A stretch of DNA of 64,000 nt, taken from positions 27,890,213 to 27,954,212 of the forward strand of contig OZ234493.1 of assembly GCA_965153455.1 (NCBI GenBank), read 5' to 3'. Below the pieces are notes generated by a model, which saw nothing but the letters and a program-made list of their open reading frames with translations, was not told the DNA's origin and ran no database searches. This stretch comes from Sphagnum compactum (taxonomy: Eukaryota). This document shows positions 27,090-37,197 of the stretch, piece after piece. A program made the translations under genes and the position numbers. Position 1 is the first letter of the stretch. Every line of letters begins with the position of its first letter.

Positions 27090-28110
27090 CACAAGTTGCG
27101 ATAAGGCACCAACCCAGTTGCTTCTTCCCACCTATTCCAAGCCTCTTTTTCAACAATTCTACTGAGATCCCACTTGCCAGCAGCAGTGCAGATGACATAA
27201 CACACAGCATCTCCTGCACAGGCCTCTCCCAACCCCATGTTCCCATGAAGTCTGCAACCACCCAGCAAGGCCATCCACACACAAGGATATGCTTCACAGG
27301 GCATTTCTTGATCAACTCAGTAGCCTGCTGCAGGTGGCCAAATCACCCAAGAAGTTCAGGAGCACTGTTAGGAAATACTGAAAACTGAAACTGTAGATTC
27401 AGGCATTTAGGGTGTTGAGCTCCCACATTTGGAGATGCCAGCAACCACAAATGCATTTGGCTCACAACGATGTCGAATGCTCTGTTCATGGACATGCGTC
27501 TTCAAGCTTGTGTGCCTGCTTGGGTACCAAGCTAACACACTGGCACAGGTCTTCAGAACCTAGAAAAAAGTGACGGGGGTAGGAACTTGGGTGCAGCCCT
27601 TCACATTCAGTTTCCTGATATAGTTGCAATGCCTTCTGCCTTTACCCACATTTCACAATTCACTTAATCACGGTACTCCAAGTTTACATCGTGTGTGCAT
27701 GCATCCTGTCGAACACTCTACAAGCATCGTCTATGATCATCCTGGATTTGGCATACATGTCAATGACGCTACTGCCACAAGACATTAGCCTCACAGCCGC
27801 TTCTACTGATCTGTTCTTTAACATGCTCGCCTTCTTCAAGTACCTGTACATTCATACACACATTCAGAATGTCATGAAAGGAAGGTCTGAGTTCGCATCG
27901 CCCCTTCCCTGCTGCATTTGTCTAGAGACTGTATGGATGTGATCTGGCCTAAACCTTCATTTCTGATATCCCAAAACCATGGCAATCCAAGCACCGAATC
28001 ATGTGTGAGCAGTTTATTGAACAATCTGTGTACTTTCTTTCTCTATTCTCCTCAATTTAGCATACACGTCCTACTGCCCACAAATACAACCACATTTGTC
28101 TTCACTGATT
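27090..28110 (-). pseudogene. PLS-class pentatricopeptide repeat (PPR) pseudogene with E-domain remnant
   Basis: Minus-strand fragments: VFVGS..DVYAK, GSSVIDMYAKSRMIIDDACRVFDRM, WSTVI..VKCG*RQKALQLYQE..EGLHP, and E-motif MPCEAYPCVWMALLGGCRLHGNMGLGEACA...AAGKWD. Many stops and frameshifts. Confidence 0.8.
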
Positions 28111-28694
28111 GCAAGGAACAACACGTGTAGCAATTGTTTGTAGCAATTGCTGACTCTTCAAGAAGCATCGTCATAGAAGGAAAACGATGCTTTTACACCC
28201 CGAATGCCGGTCACACAATAATTGCTGAAATCCAAGACAGGACAAACATAAATCTTACATTCCTCCCATGCCAAAAGCACACTGCGTACTACCTCAGATT
28301 ATTAACATGCCACTAAGACCACGAAATGAAGACCAGAGCATAGAGGCATTCTTGCGGATAAACGACGTGGGAAGATTGATGCTCGTGTCTCCCCCAAAGG
28401 CAAATTGCAATACAGAATGACAACTCCGGGGTATGTAATACTGCACACGAGAGCTCGATCAAACCTCTCCAATCAAATAGGAGATTCATTCCTTATGGAA
28501 CCGAATAGATTAAAAACCTAACCCTAGATGCAGAGCAACAGCTTGGTCGTTCCTGGGGTCATATAGCACAATCACTCGATGACCCTCACATCTCCCATGT
28601 TGCGGGATTCGAGTCGACGACCGGGTGCAAGGAGTTTGTGAGTGCGTACCACTTGCTATAGTTTTGTAGCAGAGCTGAGGTGTACGAGGAGGAT

Positions 28695-31600
28695 ATGGCG
28701 CTCGCAGATCCACACAACGCTTGCTCACGTGTCGTGGCCCACTTCGTAAGCTTTCCCATCCTCTTCACGCTGCCTGCTTCATTCAATAATTTTACATTTC
28801 CTTGTTGTTTTTGGTTGCAGTTGTCTCTCGTTCATCCTGTTTTAAAATGAATTTGCTCTTCACAGTCGGTCCCTCGGATGTGTGATGTTTTTGCCAGGAC
28901 GTGGATTGCTTTTATGCTCAAGCTGAGGTTCTGCGCCGGCCTTGCTTGCGAGACCGACCTGTGGGCATTACCCAGGTAATTCTTTAGCATTTTCACTCGC
29001 AGCTCAAGTTCTCTCAGTGTAGATAATTACACAGAACTAGACTCTGGATATCAGCTGAATGCTAGTTCTTCTTTCTCTCCTTCTCAACAAAATCCTTCTA
29101 TGACACCAATTGGATGCCTCAATGCTGCAGAAATTCCTGGTTGTGACGACCAATTATGTAGCTCGTGGGCTTGGTGTGCCAAAGATGGTCTCCATTGATG
29201 AGGCCCGAAAAAAGTAAATCCAAAACTACTCTTCTTTATTAAGTGCAGCTGTGCTTGGCCAAATATCTCTGTTTAAAGCAGGTGAAATTCCTGGCAGGGA
29301 GCCGTTGCAGCATATGCTTCAGGAAATGGTTTCAAGAATTTTTTCAGTGCCAATAATGTGAAGTCTGATTGTAAGGGGATTGATTCATAGACCTATCTGT
29401 TCCTCTATGAATCTCACAAGTGTCTATTGATTTGGCAACCTGTTCCCCCTATTATTTTGAATATTATCAGGTGCCCAGAACTGGTGTTGATAAATGGGGA
29501 GGATTTGACACCATATCGTGCTGCCAGCAAGCATATCATGGCAGTTTTAAGGCGATTTGGCACTTTGGAGAAGTATACCTACTTTCCTTGAATTTGTGGG
29601 CACTTTGATTTGAATCCTTGGATTAGGGCTTAGGCTTGAGCTTTGATTCAATTGCCAGTTTTGGAAAAAGATTTCCACAGAGTTTCTGAGAACAATCTCC
29701 AAAAGATATCACTCAGGTGCTGTAAACTTGGAGTGCTATGTGGAGATTTCTCCACAATTTTGTAGATATATTGGAGGGCTATGTCTCTTGAGTGCTAGCC
29801 AACATTGTGACAGAGTCTTCTTGTTGCTTCCCGAAATGCAACAAAAACTCAGGATGCAGATGTAATATAGGGGGTTGGCCAGGTTGTGGGCTGATTATTA
29901 TATTCTTATCTACACCCACTGTCAGGAGCTAACAGAGTTAGTGGGTAGTCATTGCAGCTTGTTACTACTATTCATGATGAAGGTGATAGTCTAACACTTT
30001 GTGAGTGACTCTCATAAGGTTATGGCTGCACTCCTTGTCATGTTACCTTCAAATGGTGTTGTGGAGATTTCTCTGCAATTTCATTTGGATACATATACTT
30101 GGGAGTGCTAAATGTGGGCTTTGCATTGGCAATCAATCTTTAAGTGAAGAGGTTCTTCCATGAAAGTTCTAATTTTGCAATTGTCTGACAGATTGGGCTT
30201 GGATGAAGGAGCAGTGGACATCACTGCTGAGGTTAAGGCTCGGGCAGCATCTGGAATGAAGGCACAGATCTTTTCAGGGCATGTGATTGGTTCAAGCAGT
30301 CAACTGTCAAGGAGCTTGGAAGGTATAACCAGTTCAGACTGTGCAGGAAGTGAAGATTTGAAATGTTTGGATCAGATGGGGTTTGCAGGCATGCAAGGGG
30401 ACAGCCTACTTATGCTGGGAAGTCAAATAGTGAGTGAGATCCGGGCAGCTGTTGAGAGAGAGACAGGTTTCCGAATGTCATGTGGTTTAGCTCACAATGT
30501 AAGCTCCAACCTGCCATTAAAGAGCCTACATGGATATCTATCAGGCTTTCAAATCAGGCCTGCAATAAGATTGCTATAGGTCTATTATTGTGTTTTGGTC
30601 CAGAAAGCTAAGGTAACAGATAAGGATTTTCATTGCAGAAAATGCTGGCAAAGATGGCATGCTCTGTGAACAAGCCTAACAAGCAGACCTCTCTTTCGCA
30701 ATCAGCTGTAGCAGATTTCCTTGCACCAATGCCTGTACGCAAGGTCGGTCAAATTTGCTGTTGCACTAGTTTCTGCTTCATGATTCAGATTCAGACTGTC
30801 ATGTGTTTTAAGTCATGAAGTAGGTTGTAGTACTTTATGAAGAGAAGTATATGCAGTCCACATACTCTGTTTTGCATCCAGTAATTTAAACAAATCAGAA
30901 GTCTAGAGCTGCCCATGCTTGGTAAAAACTGATTGGTAACAGTTGGAAGGTCTGCCAGCTTCCTGGTGTAGGTCATTGCATGGAAGGAGTATTGAAGCAG
31001 AGTGGTGTAGAAAGTGTGGGTGATCTGCGAAATCTCACCCTTGACCACCTCTGCCGCATGTGAGTGCTTTTTTTCCTCTTGACTCTTCTATGTCCTGTGT
31101 CCTTGGAGTTAGCAAGTTAACCAGTACTCATGTCTTTTGGTGTCTTACCTCCTAAATAGATCCTGAACTGCTTAAGTTTTCAATGTAGGAAAGATCAATT
31201 ACCAGACAAGGTGTCATTTGATGTGTCTGTTCTCTTTAGACTGCTGTTATATGTTTTAGTCCTATTGGTTGCAGAATGAAAGTTCAAGTCCTGGTTGAAT
31301 CTTAGGTTTGGAGAGCGTGTTGCGAAATTCTTGTATCAGGCTTGCAAAGGGTATGACAACACACCTGTGCGCGACAAAGGTCCTTGTAAATCAATTTCAG
31401 TGGAAGACTCCTTCTGGAACTGCACAACATTGCAACAAGTTGAGGTAGCTATGATATTTGAATTGTTGATTATAAAACATATTTGAATAGGGGATCCTTT
31501 GGATACTATTTGGTTTTCAGCTTCAATTTCCTTCCAGGCAGTCAGTTTCCTCTAGTTCACCTGCTGTTGACAAAATAATAGGCTTCAGAAGTCAGAGTGG

Positions 31601-33247
31601 ACTTGGGATGTTTATTTTCTTTTTGAGTTGCTTTCCAGTACACTGCTGTTTTGGTGACTTACAGTCAGTGTTTTTGGTGGTGATAATCCATGCAGATTAT
31701 AATGTGGCAGCTGGCCCCTGACCTTGTGAGCCGTCTTGATGAAGATAAGGCAGACACAGGGCGAACTCCTAAGCGCTTCACGGTCAAATGGCGCACCAAA
31801 TCAATCATGTAATGATTATGCATTTTGTCCTTTCATGATCAGATGTCTGGTTGTGAAGTCCTGAGCCAGACGTCAGAAGTACACTTTTGTTCATTCCTTC
31901 AGTGGCTGCACTTATTGCATGAACTTTGTATCCAACTGTTCTGATCTTTGACAACTGACTTGAAATCACATAGGGCTGTTATGGGCACATAGGAGCCTCT
32001 TCAATTTTCTGAATGTTGAATTCTCACCACATAAAGACACCCTTTTACAACATACTATGAGACTAGAGGAGTTTCCCTGATGTACAGTCTGCATCTTAAC
32101 CCCCATCTGTAGCAGTTTCTCTGAGTGAAGAAGTGATTGGTCATGATCTGAATCTTCATTTTGTGCTATGGTGGGCTAGGAACTTTTCAAGTGTATCTTG
32201 TCCAATGCCAGCAGACCTGCTTCTGTCAACACTTCCTATTGAGAAACGGAGGGAAAGTGCTGTGGAAACTGGGATGAAGCTTGTCTCTCGCAGTTTCAAT
32301 GGACATCCTTTTCATATGGTAGTCCTAAATATTGGGGCTACTGCATTTTCGCCCACACTCAATGAGGTGTCATCTTCTGCTGCTGACATCCGACAGCTTT
32401 TGGGTGTAAAAAGCTCCATTGGCTCACAAACAGGTTTAGCCAGAATAAGCATTTTGGATGATGGAGCAGAGTGCGAAATTGATAGTACTAAGCCTTATGC
32501 AGAGCTACAGGCTTACTGTCAAAAGACACCCGCAAGATTGCTAAGTAAGGGACAAGCACGAATTTGTCGTGAAGGCCATCACATTTTTAAAAGCCCTGAA
32601 CCTTGGTTTTCCAAAAATTTGCAGTCACAAGGGACAGATTTTGGAGGAACTCTGGGGTCATTGTCTGACCCTTCAGATGACAGTGATTGTAAGCACTCAC
32701 TTTTTCTTGATGTTGTATCTGTATCTCATGTTAGCATAAAGGGCTGATTTGACCAATTCATGTTTTCATAGAGCCCTACCTGAGCATTGTATTCATTGGT
32801 GCAGGCAACGAAGATGGATCTGATTGGATTTATAGAAGTACTCAAGATTGTCAAGAGATCAAGGTGTATGGGAAGGAGGTCTTGACAAGTTCAAGTGGTG
32901 GACCCAAGGACGGAACACTTGAATGTAAGGTACAGAGTGTTGGAATGAAGTGGCACAAGTTTTCTAGTGAACCCAACAAGTGTTGTGAAGGGAAATTGTG
33001 TTCACAATGTGGCAAATTTGTGGAGGGAAATGAGCAGGAGCAACAAGAGCATGCAGACTATCATCTGGCTTTAAACCTGGATTCAGAACAGAAACAAGAA
33101 ATAGCAAGCTCAACACTAGTTGCCAAAGCTCCTTCATTTGGTAAAAAGAAGTTAGGAAGCAAGGACAAGCCAGCCACCTCATCTCCCTTGTCCAAAAGAC
33201 CAAAGTCGCAGAATGGCACTCTAGATTCTTTCATCATGCGAATGTGA
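28695..33247 (+). CDS. POLI: Y-family translesion DNA polymerase, Pol iota-like, with C-terminal UBZ3 zinc finger and PIP-like motif (11 exons, about 676 aa)
   Basis: Exons 28695-28745, 28898-28975, 29131-29213, 29471-29572, 30192-30498, 30639-30743, 30959-31059, 31306-31444, 31696-31808, 32180-32688 and 32805-33247. All junctions are GT-AG and phase-consistent (2031 nt). The protein reads RVVAHFDVDCFYAQAE..RDRPVGITQKFLVVTTNYVAR..KCPELVLINGEDLTPYRAAS..EKLGLDEGAVDIT..SCGLAHNKMLAKMA..NKPNKQT..LPGVG..KSISVEDSF, matching Pol iota motifs. Confidence 0.88.
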
Positions 33248-33331
33248 AGTATGTGTGAACCAACCCTGTTGCAATTGTGTTTTACTACCCGATGTGCAGT
33301 TGACTTTTATTGGATGAGGCAAGAGCAGTGC

Positions 33332-33634
33332 CTATCTGATTGAAGACAGTGTTGTTTGCAGCTCCAAAACGTAATCCTTAAATTTCCAACCTTTTTTTGC
33401 AGAGCTGTATCTATTGCTGTGGTTGCTGCTATTAAATCTACATTGAATTAAGTTGAATGGTTGGATTACATTTTTTTCTGGCTGGTATCGGAGACCTGCA
33501 TTGAATTGCTGTCTTTGTTGCCAAAGACCAAAAGCAATGAAGGTCAATAAAGGTATCAGAGGGAAAAAGATCTGTTTCTTTGGGCGGCACCTCTGTAGGC
33601 TCTGCTGTTTGATCTTGTTGACCACCCTCACCAT
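33332..33634 (-). CDS. Possible small single-pass membrane ORF or truncated gene (100 aa)
   Basis: ATG-initiated ORF with a basic stretch followed by hydrophobic IFFPLIPLLTFIAFGLW. There is a possible upstream GTAAGT..CAG intron (about 33706-33818) and a TATA-like TATATATA at about 34090. No family recognised. Confidence 0.2.
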   Translation of the reverse strand: MVRVVNKIKQQSLQRCRPKKQIFFPLIPLLTFIAFGLWQQRQQFNAGLRYQPEKNVIQPFNLIQCRFNSSNHSNRYSSAKKGWKFKDYVLELQTTLSSIR

Positions 33635-34376
33635 CCTGCGCCTGTGTTTGATTCATTTCAAGCAGCTGATCAGGATTCAAAGGATGTTACCGCATCCCAC
33701 AATTCTGTAGCAGCTCTCAACTTCTGGGCTCACAAATTCTGGGCTCAGATGAGCACTTGCATGCAGAGCTAGCTACATCTGCACAGAGAAATCCCAAGCA
33801 CTCCTGAGGATTACTTACTGATCCTGGCTTCTGTTGCCTCTTTTCAAGAATTTCTGGCTTTCTAGTGCTTTATAGGAAACTGCATTCCGATTTTGCTAAT
33901 CTTTAGCAGCTGGCTGAGTAATCCGACGACCTAGCTAGCTAGATAGAGCGCTTTCACCGAACAAGGAATGCCAAATATCGATGAAGAAGAAGACTGCCAA
34001 AAGGTTGCTGCCCGCCGAGCCTCGACTCTCATCTGTAGCTGCATGACATCAGACAAACCACACACCACAAAAATTGCAAGTGGACACCCTATATATATAC
34101 ATCGGTGTAACTAGCTTCTTGAGCTTTGGCGCAGCTTTGACGTTGGCCTTCTTCAAGCTGGGTAGTGCGGATCGTCAAAGAGCTTTTATTAACTGATTCG
34201 ATTTAAATTGGGTTTCAGCACAAATGTGGGTGGTGGGGTCCTGAACAAGAAAGAGGAAGGTTTTCCCGCAAATTTGATGCACGTGTGATGATGAGCGAAA
34301 GTCCAATTTGTGTGAAGCTTGGTCTCAAAAACCTGAATTGGAGGTACAATCCAGATAGTTGTAAGCACGCACAACC

Positions 34377-37197
34377 ATGGCGGCTGTGCGGGGATCATTT
34401 GGAGTAACTTGTGACGCAGGATCTGTATCGACGACGCCGGCTTCTTCCCATCTTGTCGACCCTGCTCTGTACCAGAACTTGGTGGAGATTATCCCTCTTA
34501 TGGAGAGTTTCATGGTATGTTTTGGTAGTTTCTCCTGATCCGCAATTCAATGTGTGGCGTTGTCTATTAATGCAGCTCGGATGAATTAGACTGTTGAATT
34601 CTGTTTTCATTTGAAATCTCTGAGTTGAATTGAAAGAAGATTCTCGCTCCTTGATCGGTGTCCTCGCACCATTCAAAGTCAAACAAACCTGTGACTGGAA
34701 TGGACGTAAGTCGCAGATCTGCACACCCGATACGAAGATTTATAGGTTGGTAAACTAATCGTGGGAAGTCGAACCTTTTGATTCCACATAAGTCGACAAG
34801 TTTGTTGATTAGATGATTCACTTTTTGGCATATGGAACTATGGCCTCCGGGTATTAATGCCTCAGATATATCGCTTCAACCGTAGCACGGATCGTCGTTG
34901 AAGAAGCATTGCGCTTGAATGCTCGATCCATGTCGATGTTAACGCAATACCGTGATCTGCTTTTGTCGCTATCTGTGTAAGATGTGGATGTTTGATTCTG
35001 TTCGCTTAGTCAAGTTGGATTTCGAGGCATTCGTGAATCCTGAATCTCGGATGCTGAAAGTCAGCATTGTTCCTAGTCTTTGAAAGCCTAGTAGTTTTGA
35101 TAATGTGTCTTATGCCCAGCAACAGTCTGCGATGACAACGTTGCTTCGTGATGGAAGTGGGTTTAAATTTCAGAAAAGAATCATTCTAGATATATTCGGT
35201 CTCTTCTTGTGTAGCGTTTTTCTTTCAAAGAGACTGTTGGACCTCTCCTCTCTTGCGTTCGGCTTTTTTGCCTCCAAATCTTGACATTTTCGTTGGAGGG
35301 ATGTTGGGGGAGAAATGGCAGGAGCAGCAGCAGGGAGCTCGTGGTACGTTTGCCCACCAAGCTTCGATGATCTACACTCCTGCCCCGCCTCGCGATTCTC
35401 TCCAAAAGAAGGTACTCACTACGTCTTCTGTCGGTCCGTGGATGCAGCACAACCCAGCAGCTTGTCCTGATCACGGCATTCTAGTCCAATCTGCACATAT
35501 GTAAAGGGCTTCCGCTCCATTGTTTTGTTACAAAGAGGAACATGAGAGATTAAGTACCGATGCCTGAGTCAAATTCTATTGAAAGATGTCTGAAAGTCTT
35601 TGCTAAATTCAACAATCGTGTTGACCCCAAAGCAGTTGTCCCGGCAGCAGAAAACAAAAGATTTAGACCCCATGTGGGTGGAAAGTGAAAATATGTTGCG
35701 GAGGGTTGACGAAGATCTGACAGACGATGATTCGTCTATTCCTCAATCACCTCACCACATCAGCCGTCAGTTACAGATGGAGGTAGAGGAATTGAAGCAG
35801 AAGCTTTGGGAGAAAGACTACCTCCTACAAACTATGGGTCAGCCTCCTCCTGAGCCGCATCTGAATATAAACCATCTACAAAGCCAGATTGAGGATTTGA
35901 AACAGAAGCTTTGGGAGAAGGACGCTCTTCTGGAGACCATGGCAAACCATCCATTTCAAAGCACACGCCAATTGATGACTGAAATAGAGGAGCTGACGAA
36001 GCAACTTGCTGAGAAAGATGATCAACTGGAGAAGAAGCAACTTTCTCAGAAAGCTTACCGGGTGGAAGAGACCTCAGCTACTGAGTCACTTGCCCCGGCG
36101 GACACCGTCAACAGTATGTGGCCAACCAGTGATAAGGATACATCAGAGTTGCAAAACCAAGTGGAAAAACTGCAGCGGGAGTTGTGGGAAAAAGATCAAT
36201 ATGTCCAATCTGCTCAATTGCAATTATGTGAACAGCAGGTGCCCAACACTGCACATTTCGATCTTTCCTTCTCCTCTTCCGTTCTAATGTATCTCATAGA
36301 TGCAGTGTTCACCAGCTACTGTGATAGCAGACTTAATGTAGATCCTCTTGTTCTGCAGTGCAGTTCTCAATATAATTCTGCAACGTGAGATGAAATGTTG
36401 ATCATCTACTTTGAACCTCGAGTCAATTGATACTCAAAATGTCGAAATTGCTGTGCAGCTCTTGCTTAAAGTGGTAGCATGATTTCTGACGTTGAGATAA
36501 TTATCGGATCATGCCTTTCGAGACTTCTCCTGCGAAGACAACAATCAAGTTTCCCTGTGTTGTGCTGTGCAGCATGAACTTGGAGAGATGCGGTCGCTGC
36601 TAGAAGAAGCCGAGATCGGCATTGCAAAGACCAATAGCAAAGCTGCAAGTATCGAGGCAGAGTTAAACGGGCTCCGATGTCAGGTGCTAACACTTCGTTA
36701 TCAGCTTGATGCTGTTGACGGAACGATTGCCATATGCGGGGATCAGCAGCAGCAACAGGTAGTCTTTTGGTATCCCTTGCAATAAGCGTACGAAACAACA
36801 AAATTTGAGGATTTCCTTCCAAATCTGGCATTGATCTAAAACTCGATTCGTGCAGGACGAGTCCGACAGGCGGAGTCCTCCCTACCGCGTTGACATGGTT
36901 TCCACTATTTCTGATCAGGAGGTGGACAAAACGACGACATTTTTGGTGTGTGTATCAGGCCCCAGTGACGAGGAGCAGTTAAGCAGTATGTTGGAGTATA
37001 ATGCAGAGAAAGAGCAGCTGGAGTTGGCAAGGCGCCAATATCTAGCTGCTGTCATTGCTGCTCGAGAGCAGCCTGTCAAAGAGTCCTTTGCTTTAGTGGT
37101 TGAATTCCGAAAGCAGCTGATGACTTATCTTAGTGACACCCATCTGATAGACCCTTTTGCTGCCCAATTTCTTCACCTTCCACAGCGTCTGGAGTAG
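34377..37197 (+). CDS. MPB2C: MICROTUBULE/MOVEMENT PROTEIN BINDING PROTEIN 2C-like coiled-coil protein (5 exons, about 452 aa)
   Basis: Exons 34377-34514, 35322-35411, 35636-36238, 36573-36758 and 36856-37197, all phase 0 and GT-AG. Conserved MPB2C blocks: VDPALYQNLVEIIPLMESFM, TFAHQASMIYTPAPPRDSL, LQ.QVE.LQ..LWEKD and LELARRQYLAAVIAAREQPVKESFALVVEFRKQL. Confidence 0.85.

Noticed and set aside
26984-27388. 134-aa plus-strand ORF and the overlapping 26911-27315 minus-strand ORF
   Set aside because: These are antisense and alternate-frame shadows of the PPR E-domain relic.
28512-28530. Telo-box upstream of POLI
   Set aside because: The sequence is TAACCCTAG, not an exact AAACCCTA, and similar motifs are common in this window.
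28695-33247. Calling the polymerase Pol eta (POLH) because of the UBZ3/PIP tail
   Set aside because: Catalytic motifs (QKFLVVT, NGEDLT, LGLDE) match iota and lack the eta signatures VVQY...IIAVSY and RASIDE.
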